A DNA stretch of 47,461 bases, taken from Macrostomum lignano. Its lineage: Eukaryota. The position numbers and the translations under genes were made by a program. Position 1 is the first letter of the stretch. Every line of letters starts with the position of its first letter. The notes under the pieces are model-generated. The model worked only from the letters and a program-made list of their open reading frames with translations. It was not told the origin of the DNA and ran no database searches. Of this stretch, positions 37,101 to 47,461 are shown piece after piece. The stretch covers positions 1 to 47,461 of the forward strand of contig NIVC01003628.1 in the NCBI GenBank assembly GCA_002269645.1, in the 5' to 3' direction.

Positions 37101-37439
37101 TTGTCTGGTGGATGCTTGCTATTTAAGGATAGATACTTGCTATCAATTGGATGCTTGCTATCTGGGGTTCTTTCTATCTGGGGTGCTTGCTATATGAGGG
37201 ATGCTTGCTATCTGGGGGTGCTTGCTATCTGGGGGTGCTTGCTATCTGAGGGTACTTGCTATCTGGGGGGGGGGGGAGGGGGATGCTTGCTGTCTTGGGA
37301 TGTTTTATTTTTGCATTGTGCTTCATTTGAGCAGTTTTTCTGTTGTCTTTGTGAAGACTCTATTTGGCTGTCTTTTTGTTACTTGTAGAGAACAGAAGTT
37401 CTATCCAGATGTCCCCCATCGGGGGGCGAAGATTGCTAG
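34182..37439 (+). mobile_element. Helitron-like unit 2 (minisatellite A ~34765-37010, B ~37105-37300)
   Basis: Starts directly after the CTAG of unit 1 with TCCTATATACTAAAAATG; ends in the same hairpin plus CTAG. Confidence 0.85.
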
Positions 37440-38249
37440 TCCAATATACTAAAAATCAAAACTATGTACCTACCTATCTATCTATCTATAGGAACCTTCG
37501 TTTAACTTGACTTTGCGTGGTCGGAATTTTCTGGGGTTTTCTGCATTCGATGCGTATTGATGATGCGCTGGTACACAACATCTTCTTCTTCTAATATACT
37601 AAAAATGGTCTGTTTGTGTGTGCGTGTGTGTGTGATCGATTTTAGCAAAAACGGCTCAACCGATTTTCTTCGAATTTGCACCATTCGATCAGAAATTTTT
37701 CCGTGACGGTACATGCATCGTTGCTAAGAAATTGCTCGATGCTAAAGGGATTAAATATTCGAAAAACATGATTTTTTGCAAAGGTCAAGCAAAACTTTTC
37801 GACTTGAAACGCACTGTAAAAATGCTAGAGAAAAAACTGACTGGTTGAATTCTGATTCTGAAATAGATTGCATCACAATACACTTTATTTATCGTCTGTG
37901 TACTGGCTGAATTTGACACTCAATTGAATTGCGTCACAGCTTTGAGTGTGAAAGCATAGTGCAGTACTGAATTTATATTACGTAACCATATTGTTAGCTT
38001 TCATAGACACTGGTACTGACTTGCCTAAGAAATTGATTATGTCATAACTGCTTCGTGAGACTTTTTACTCTACCTGACTTGGTGTGAGTGTTGAATTATA
38101 TAAGTGGTACAAATTCACTGATAACTTCGATGAGAGCTAGCCTAGAGCTGAACAGACCAGACTGCTAATGCAGCGACCTGGGTTCGAATCTAAGTAGTAG
38201 TGTAAATTTTTTTATTAAAAGCTTTTATTAAAGGACTAAATAAAAACAC

Positions 38250-39220
38250 TTAGATTACTGCACTCGATAAGCTAAGGATTATTGCTCTTGGCAAACCAAG
38301 GAATACTGCACTCGATAAGCCAAGGATTATTGCTATTAATAAACCAAGGATTACTGCACTCAATAACCAAGGACTATTGCTATTAATAAACCAAGGATTA
38401 CTGCACTCAATAAACCAAGGACTATTGCTCTTGGCAAACCAAGGATTACTGCACTCGATAAGCCATGGATTATTGCTATTAATAAACCTGCAAGGATTAC
38501 TGCACTCGATAAGCCAAGGATTATTGCTATTAATAAACCAAGGATTACTGCACTCGATAAGCCAAGGATTATTGTAAACCAAGGATTACTGCACTCGATA
38601 AACCAAGGATTATTGCTATTAATAAACAAGGATTATGCACTTGGCAAACCAAGGATTACTGCACTCGATAAGCCAAGGATTATTGCTATTAATAAACCAA
38701 GGATTACTGCACTCAATAAGGCATGGATTATTGCTATTAATAAACCAAGGATTACTGCACTCGATAAGCCAAGGATTATTGCTATTAATAAACCAAGGAT
38801 TACTGCACTCGATAAGCCAAGGATTATTGCTATTAATAAACCAAGGATTACTGCACTTGGCAAACCAAGGATTACTGCACTCGATAAGCCAAGGATTATT
38901 GCTATTAATAAACCATGAATTACTGCACTCAATAAACCAAGGACTATTGCTCTTGGCAAACCAAGGATTACTGCACTTGATTTATCAAGGATTATTGCTA
39001 TAAATAAACCAAGGATTACTGCACTCGATAAGCCAAGGATTATTGCTATTATTAAACCAAGGATTACTGCACTCGATAAGCCATGGATTATTGCTATTAA
39101 TAAACCAAGGATTACTTACTGCACTTGGCAAACCAAGAATTACTGCACTTGATAAGCCATGGATTATTGCTATTAATAAACCAAGGATTACTGCACTCGA
39201 TAGCCAAGGATTACTGCGCT
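38250..39220. repeat. ~24-bp two-variant minisatellite C (ccaaggattactgcactcgataag / ccaaggattattgctattaataaa)
   Basis: About 40 alternating copies. Confidence 0.95.
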
Positions 39221-39619
39221 TGATAAGCTTGGCTACATGTATAGGATTATTTCTATCCAGGGATGCTTGCTATTTAGGGATTCTTGCTATGTGCAGGATG
39301 CTTGCTATCTGGAAGGATGCTTCTACATTATTTGGGGTATGCTTGCTATCTGCAAGATGCTTGCTATCTGCAAGATGCTTGCTATCTGCAGATGCTTGCT
39401 ATCTGGGTGGATGCTTGCTAGGAGTATTAGGGGATGCTTGCTACTGGGGGATGCTTGCTGTCTTGGGAATATTTTCTATTTAGGGGTAATGACTAAAATT
39501 CATGAGAGCTAGCCTAGAGGTAAACAGACTAAACTGCTAAATGCAGGGACGATGGTTCGAATTTTTAGAGAGTAGAGTTTTTTTAATTAAAGCCTTTTTA
39601 ACGCCAAGACAAAAAAAAT

Positions 39620-40375
39620 TATGGAAGCGTCATGTAAACAATCATACAAGCGTCATGTAAACAATCATAGAAGCGTCATGTAAACAATCATAGAAGCGTC
39701 ATGTAAAAATCATAGAAGCGTCATGTAAACAATCATAGAAGCGTAATGTAAACAATCATAGAAGCGTCATGTTAAAATCATAAAAGCGTCATGTAAACAA
39801 TCATAGAAGCGTCATGTAAACAATCATAGAAGCGTCATGTAAACAATCATAGAAGCGTCATGTTAAAATCATAAAAGCGTCATAAAAAATCATAGAAGCG
39901 TCATGTAAAAATCATAGAAGCGTAATGTAAACAATCATAGAAGCGTCATGTTAAAATCATACAAGCGTCATGTAAACAATCATACAAGCGTCATGTAAAA
40001 AATCATAGAAGCGTCATGTAAAAAAATCATAGAAGCGTCATGTTAAAATCATAAAAGCGTCATAAAAATCATAGAAGCGTATGTAAAAATCATAGAAGCG
40101 TCATGTAAAAATCATAGAAGCGTCATGTAAACAATCATAGAAGCGTCATGTAAACAATCATAGAAGCGTCATGTAAACAATCATAGAAGCGTCATGTAAA
40201 AAATCATAGAAGCGTCATGTAAAAATCATAGAAGCGTCATGTAAAAATCATAGAAGCGTCATGTAAAAAATCATAGAAGCGTCATGTAAACAATCATACA
40301 AGCGTCATGTAAACAATCATAGAAGCGTCATGTTAACATAGAAGCGTCATGAAAAAATTATAGAAGCCTCATATA
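39620..40375. repeat. ~22-23-bp minisatellite D (atcatagaagcgtcatgtaaaca)
   Basis: About 33 copies. Confidence 0.95.
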
Positions 40376-41311
40376 AAAACTAATGGAAGTGTCATTTAAA
40401 AATAAATAAGCATCATGGAAGAATAAAAGAAGCGTAACGTATAAATCAAAAGAAGCGTCATGTCAGACATGAAAGAAGTGTCATGTAAAATTTAAATGAA
40501 CCTATTGTGCTGTGCTGGGGAGAATCACTGAGACGTCAAGGCTCACAGAGAATAACTGAGATTACAGGGGGGTTTCTGAGATGTTAAAGCAAAAGTCAGA
40601 AGCTACTTCAAAGTACATGTACTTTACTTAAGTTTTTTTATTGCATTCTTTGTTGGCTTGCCACGGTGGGGGGGGGCGCTGATAGAAGAAGAGTCATGTA
40701 AAAATAAAAGGAGCACTATGTATACATAAAATAAAAGTCATGTCAAAGTTAAAAGATTCATTTGGAATTGCTACGATGTCAAAGCTTGGAGGGAATCGTT
40801 ATAGTGCTGTGATTCTTAAAGAAGGAATCACTTAAATGCCAAGGCTTAGGGAAGAAGAATTGCTGTGATTTCAAGGCTTTAGGTTGGGTGAAAGTTAGGT
40901 TTACGTCAGGTTTGGGTTGAGGGTTAGATTTTAGCGCGTTTCAAGGTTAACAGGGGATTTTTTAGATTTCAAGGTTTATGGGGGCATCGCTGACATGTCA
41001 AGGCTTACGAGGGGAATCTATCTATCTATCTATCTATAGCTGAGATGTCAAGGCTCACGGGGGAATAAATGAGATGTCAAGGCTAATGTCAGAAGCTACA
41101 TGTAGTTTATTGGAAAAAAGTTATTACATTATTTGTTGGCTCCTCACGGGAGGGATCGCTGATAGAAAAAGCGTAATGTAAAAAAGAAGCTTCATGTCAA
41201 AGTTAAGAGATTCATTTGGGAATCCCTACGATGTCGAGGCTTGCAGGGAATCGCTATAATGCTGTAGTAGTGCTATAGACTCTTAGAGAGAATTACTGAA
41301 ATTTCAATGCT

Positions 41312-41357
41312 TTAGGGTTAGGGTTAGGGTTAGGGTTAGGGTTAGGGTTAAGGTTAG
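41312..41357 (+). repeat. Interstitial telomeric-type repeat (TTAGGG)6 plus degenerate copies
   Basis: Directly visible. Confidence 0.85.
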
Positions 41358-41706
41358 AAAGTAGACAGATTTTTTAAGATTTCAAGGCTTATGGGAGCAT
41401 TGCTGAGATGTCAAGGGGGGAGTTGATATGTTATGGCTTGTGGGGGGGGATTGCTGACATGTCAAGGCTTACAAGGGTACTGGTAGCGTACTGAAGCATA
41501 CTGGTAGAAGTAGCTCTGAAAGAAGGCAAGTATGGTTGAATTTCAATGTCTGTTATAAAATTCTGCACAAACATGTTTTATTGGTACATAAGCCTGGAAT
41601 TAAAATGAGAATTCGATTCCTAGCCCCCCTCCCTAAGAATTTTTTTTCACTTTAAAGGATTCGTCCCTTGCTTATTGGCCACCCCGAAGGGGCGCTAGAT
41701 TGCTAG

Positions 41707-44700
41707 TCCTATATACTAAAAATGAGTTGTCTGTATGTGGGTAGGTAGGTAGGTAGGTATGCGATAGATTTCAGAAAAAATGGCTCAACCGATTTTCTTC
41801 AAACTTGCACCATTCGATCAGAAATTTTCCTGGACGGTACATGCATCTTGGCTAAGAAATTTCTCAATGTTAAAGGGATTAAATATTCGAAAAACATGCT
41901 TTTTTGCGAAGGTCAAGCAAACTTTTCGACTTGAAATGCATTGTAAGAATGCTAGATAAAAACCTGACTGACTGAATTTCAATTCTGATAAAGATTGCAT
42001 CACAACAAATTGAAAACAGTGCCGAAGAAATGCACACACAACTTGATTGAAATTGCGTAACAATATTGCTAACTTAAATTGACACTGATACTGGCTGACT
42101 GAGAAATTGATTATGTCATAATTTGCTATATTTGCTATATTGCTATTTGCTATATTTGCTATAAGAATTTAATTATAAGGGCCACAATTCATGTTCTCCA
42201 ATTGACAAGAGATAGCATAGATGCGAACAGACTGGACTGCTAATGTAGGGACCTGGGTTCGAGTCTTAGTAGTGCAAAAAGATTCTTTTATTAAAACACC
42301 TTAAAAACACGAAATGCTGAACACAAAAAAGCATAAGGTCAAACATTATAGAGCCACCATGTCGAACATATATGTGACTTCATGTCGAACATATATGTGA
42401 CTCCATGTCGAACATTAAAGAGCCGTCATGTCAAACATTAAAGAGCCACCGTGTCTAACATTAAAGAGCCACCATGTCAAACAAAAAAGAGCCACCATGT
42501 CTAACATTAAAGAGCCACCATGTCGAACACTAAAGAGCCACCATGTCGAACATTAAAGAGCCATCATGTCAAACATTAAAGAGCCACGGTGTCTAAAATT
42601 AAAGAGCCACCATGTCAAACAAAAAAGGCCATCATGTCTAACATTAAAGAGCCACCATGTCGAACATTAAAGAGCCACCATGTCGAACATTAAAGAGCCA
42701 CCATGTCAAACATCAAAGAGCCACAATGTCAAACATTAAAGAGCCACAATGTCAAACATTAAAGAGCCATCATGTCTAACATTAAAGAGCCAACATGTCA
42801 AACACTAAAGAGCCACCATGTCGTGTCTAACATTAAAGAGCCACCATGTCAAACATTAGAGAGCCACCATGTCAAACAATAAAGAGCCACCATGTCGAAC
42901 ATACAAGAGCCACCATGTCAAACAAAAAAAAAGCCACCATGTCGAACATTAAAGAGCCACCATGTCGAACATACAAGAGCCACCATGTCAAACATAAAAG
43001 AGCCACCACGTCAAACATAGAAGAGCCACCATGTCAAACATTAAAGAGCCACCTTGTCAAACATTAAAGAGCCACCATTTCAAACCTAAAAGAGCCACCT
43101 TATCAAACATCATAGAGCCACCATGTCGAACATTAAAGAGCCACCATGTAGAACATAAAAGAGTCACCATGTAAAACATAAAAAAGCCACCATGTAAAAC
43201 ATAAAAGAGCCACCATGAAGAACTTTAAGAGCAACCATGTCGAACATTAAAGAGCCACCATGTCGAACATTAAAAAGCCACCATGTCAAACATTAAAGAG
43301 CCACCATTTCAAATCTAAAAGAGCCACCATGTCGACCATTAAAGCCACCATGTCAAACATAACAGAGCCACCATGTCAAACATAAAAGAGTCATCATGTC
43401 AAATATTAAAGAGCCACCTTGTCAAACATAAAAGAGCCACCATGTCAAACATATATGTGACTCTATGTCAAACAGTAAAGAGCCACCATGTCAAACGTAA
43501 AAGAGCCACCATGTCCAACATAAAAGAACCACTATGTCGAACATAGAAGAGCCACCATGTCGAACACTAAAGAGCCATAATGTCGAACTTTAAAGAGCCA
43601 TCATGTCAAACATTAAAGAGCCACGGTGTCTAAAATTAAAGAGCCACCATGTCAAACAAAAAACGCCATCATGTCTAACATTAAAGAGCCACCATGTCGA
43701 ACATTAAAGAGACACCATGTCAGACATAAAAAACCCGAATCAAACATAAAAGAGCTACCATGTAGAACATCAAAGAGCCACGATGTCAACATTAAAGAGC
43801 CACCATGTCAAACATTAGAGAGCCACCATGTCAAACAATAAAGAGCCACCATGTCGAACATACAAGAGCCACCATGTCAAACATAAAAAGCCCACCATGT
43901 CTAACATTAAAGAGCCACCATGTCGAACATAAAAGATACACAATTTCAAACGTAAAAGTAAGCGTCATGCCAATTTTAAAGGAGTCACTACAGAGCTAAG
44001 GAAATTGTTGCACTAGCTACTTATTGTCTGGTGGATGCTTACTATTTGGGGATGCTTGCTATCTGGGGGATGCTTGCTATCTGGGGGATGCTTGCTATCT
44101 GGGGAAATATTAAAGAGCCACTATGTCGAACATTAAAGAGCCACCATGTCGAACATAAAAGAGCCACCATGCCAAACATAAAAGAGCCACCATGTCGAAC
44201 ATTAAAGAGCCAGCATGCCAAACATAGAAGAGCCAGCATGCCAAACATAGAAGAGCCACCATGTCGAACATAAAAGAGCCACCATGCCAAACATAAAAGA
44301 GCCACCCTGTCGAACATAAAAGAGCCACCATGCCAAACGTAAAAGAGCCACCATGTAGAACATAAATGAGCCACCATGTCAAACATTAAAGATACACAAT
44401 TTCAAATGTATAAGTAAGCGTCATGCCAATTTTAATGGAGCCACTATAGAGCTAAGGAAATTGTTGCACTAGCTACTTATTGTCTGGTGGATGCTTACTA
44501 TTTGGGGATGCTTGCTATCTAGGAGTGGGATGCTTGCTATCTGGGGGATGCTTGCTATCTGGGGGATGCTTGCTATCTGGGGATGCTTGCTATCTGGGGA
44601 AATATTAAAGAGCCACTATGTCGAACATTAAAGAGCCACCATGTCGAACATTAAAGAGACACCATTTCAGACATAAAAAAAACCCGAATCAAACATAAAT

Positions 44701-45780
44701 TAGCTACCATGTAGAACATAAAAGAGCCACGATGTCAACATTAAAGAGCCACCATGTCCAACATAAAAGAGCCACCATGTCAAACATTAAAGAGCCACCA
44801 TGTCAAACATTAAAGAGCCACTATGTCAAACATTAAAGAGCCACCATGTCGAACATTAAAGAGTCATCATGTCAAACATAAAAGATACACAATTTCAAAC
44901 GTAAAAGTAAGCGTCATGCCAATTTTAAAGGAGCCACTATAGAGCTAAGGAAATTGTTGCACTAGCTACTTATTGTCTGGTGGATGCTTACTATTTGGGG
45001 ATGCTTGCTATCTAGGAGTGGGATGCTTGCTATCTGGGGATGCTTGCTATCTGGGGAATATTAAAGAGCCACTATGTCGAACATTAAAGAGCCACCATGT
45101 CGAACATAAAAGAGCCACCATGCCAAACATAAAAGAGCCACCATGTCGAACATTAAAGAGCCACCATGCTAAACATTAAAGAGCCACCATGTGAAACATA
45201 TACATGACTCCATGTCGAACATTAAAGAGCCACCATGTTAAACATAAAAGAGACACCATTTCAAATGTAAAAAGCAGCTTCATGCGAAACATAAAGGGGC
45301 CACTATAAAGCGAAGGATATTATTGCACTAGCTACTTGTTGTCTTTTTGGATGCTTGCTATTTAAGATAGATTACTGCTATCAGGGGATGCTTGCTATTG
45401 GAAGGATGCTTGCTATCTGGGGGGGGATTCTTGCTATCTGGGGGATGCTTGCATGCTGTCTGGGGATGCTTGATATTAGGGAGGCAAGAGGCTTGCTCTT
45501 GGGGGGGGGTACTTGCTATCTTGGGGGGAGGGTTGCCATCTGGATGATGCTTGCTATCTGGAAGATGCTTTTTGCTATTGTATTTGGGGGAGCTTGCTAT
45601 CTGGGGATGCTTGCTATCTGGGGGATGCTTGCTATGGGGGAGATGCTTGCATGCTGTCTGGGGATGCTTGCTGTCTTGGATTTTCTTTTTAGAGGAAATG
45701 TCTGCTGTTTTTTCGTTGTCTATTGTTACTTGTAAAGAAAAGATTCTATCCAGATGTCCCCATCGGGGCGAGATTGCTAG
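41707..45780 (+). mobile_element. Helitron-like unit 4 (minisatellite A ~42340-43930, repeated A/B junctions to ~45680)
   Basis: TCCTATATACTAAAAATGAG...(ggta)n start; ends ccccatcgggg...CTAG followed by T. Confidence 0.85.
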
Positions 45781-46545
45781 TATCCACTATAAATACGAGT
45801 ATTTGTTTATACCAAGATTTACTATCAATGCAAACTGACCGCACAGGCAGAAATCGTAAAACAATATTAACGGTATAGTCGCTATTTTAGTCAGCACAGC
45901 TTTATACCGACGCAAAAGTGTTAATTGTAAATTGGAAAAATAAAACTCGAGTGGGCTTACAGCAAGATGCCTCTGTTTTAGTCCAAAGATCTGTACTGGT
46001 GAGTTTCCTAGTCTAATTTACATTGCGGCCAGCAGTTCAAGCTCGGCAAGGATGGGGATCGAGGGCAGCCGGGGGGGGAAGGAAGTTTGGCAGACTCTAC
46101 CGAGTACAATTGTACGAATTGGGATAGATGGAGCACGAGTACTTGAGAAAGAGACGATTGGGAAAGGAGGGCAGACAAGGCCACAGCCTATACTGTATGT
46201 GGCATGCAGTTCATCCGTGTACAAGCGTAGCCTAAAATGAATCTACATCCATTAAGTGCACACGCTCTGCTGCTTTGCCTCTAAAAGCAGATCAGGCATG
46301 GTACGAGTAACAGTACTGAAAAATAATATCTGATTCTGGTAGCTTGCACGGCATTTCCTGTCTTTTAGAATCGCACAGCACTGCACATACCGAATAGGAC
46401 AGCAATTTAGAAAAAAAAATTACTATATTACGCTCGCATAAACTATCAAGAAATGCCCGCTTCTAGAAGCAAAATAGGAAACGAATTCGTCTCCCCAGCC
46501 GATTCTTCTATTCGAAGAATTGTCAGGTCGCCTCTGTTTTTCAAC

Positions 46546-46737
46546 ATGCATTTTAAAAGATTCGTAAACTTAATTTTTGTCACGCTTTTTAGCATAGCAA
46601 ATTTGACCAGTGGTCAAACAGTCAGTAGTGACAGCAGCGCAAACTCCTCGGCACTTTTAATCACCTGTTATAGCTGTCAGAATTGTCCAACTGTTAATCA
46701 TAATTCGACACCACAGGCTACAGGACGATACTGCGTT
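46546..46737 (+). CDS. Ly6/three-finger gene C, first coding exon (signal peptide plus N-terminal finger); rest is beyond the window
   Basis: MHFKRFVNLIFVTLFSIANLTSG...LITCYSCQNCPTVNHNSTPQATGRYCV|gtaagt; same CYxCxxC...GxYC and phase-0 donor as genes A and B. Confidence 0.8.
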
Positions 46738-46939
46738 GTAAGTTTATTTGGAAAACTGCATGAGTTTAAAGAAGTTGAAACTAGTTTTTTATGTATTGTG
46801 TTGCTTCATTGGCTGAATAATAAATTACATATAGGAATTGGTACAGGCTTTAATTGAATGTCTTCTCGAGTTTGTGTCAAACAGAATAAATAACTCCTTT
46901 GTGTCGACGCCAATTGTGACGAATCTGAATTAGAAACCA

Positions 46940-47461
46940 ATATGACGTCTAAAACACCCAATGTGACGCTCTCAAGATCGACACCCAATGTAATGTCTCT
47001 CAGTCACCCAATGTGACGTCTCTCTAGTCACCCAATGTGACATCTCTCAAGACACCCAATGTGACGTCTCTCAAGACACCCAAGTGACGTCTCTCCAGTC
47101 ACCCAATATGACGTCTCTCCAGTCACCCAATGTAATGTCTCTCCAGTCACCCAATGTGACGTCTCTCTAGTCACCCAATGTGACATCTCTCAAGACACCC
47201 AATGTGACGTCTCTCAAGACACCCAATGTGACGTCTCTCCAGTCACCCAATATGACGTCTCTCCAGTCACCCAATGTGACGTCTCTCTAGTCACCCAATG
47301 TGACATCTCTCAAGACACCCAATGTGACGTCTCTCCAGTCACCCAATGTGACGTCTCTCAAGACACCCAATGTGACTACTCTCAAGACACCCAATATGAC
47401 GTCTCTCCAGTCACCCAATGTGACGTCTCTCAAACACCCAATGTGACTACTCTCAAGACAC
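46940..47461. repeat. 24-bp minisatellite (cacccaatgtgacgtctctcaaga) in the intron of Ly6 gene C
   Basis: About 21 copies, running off the edge. Confidence 0.95.

Larger units (their letters stand above)
37440..41706 (+). mobile_element. Helitron-like unit 3, divergent and chimeric subfamily
   Basis: 5' ends at 37440 and 37590; conserved body homologous to the other units; different internal repeats; different 3' hairpin ccccgaagggg followed by CTAG. Confidence 0.8.

Noticed and set aside
41312-41357. TTAGGG tract as a true chromosome end
   Set aside because: Only about 7 units, embedded within an element with ordinary sequence on both sides
31866-45838. Many ORFs such as SNIKEPPCQTLKSHH, GDACYL and INQGLL
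   Set aside because: All derive from minisatellites A-C inside the Helitron units; no Rep or helicase motifs

Overview
Eukaryotic (animal) genomic DNA with intron-containing genes and very dense 18-48 bp minisatellites. The gene content and repeat style resemble a free-living flatworm such as Macrostomum, but the organism is an inference. There are three gene groups. (1) A minus-strand multi-exon gene for a protein with two cyclic-nucleotide-binding domains (CNBD2-like), running from 12084 off the left edge. (2) A complete minus-strand 4-exon secreted F-type lectin with a C-terminal PAN/apple-like module (17370-22076). (3) A cluster of very small Ly6/uPAR (three-finger) genes: one intact and GPI-anchored, one probably frameshifted, one orphan exon, and one divergent gene running off the right edge. 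Mobile DNA includes a 2.2 kb probable solo LTR inside a 48-bp satellite, two tRNA-derived SINEs, a decayed LINE RT, a 1.6 kb TTAA-flanked foldback element and Crypton/DUF3504 tyrosine-recombinase relics. The most striking structure is a 15.1 kb head-to-tail array of four non-autonomous Helitron-like units (A|TC...hairpin-CTAG|T, 30692-45780). Each unit carries a tRNA-like segment and its own internally expanded minisatellites. Most long ORFs in the supplied track are translations of tandem repeats.
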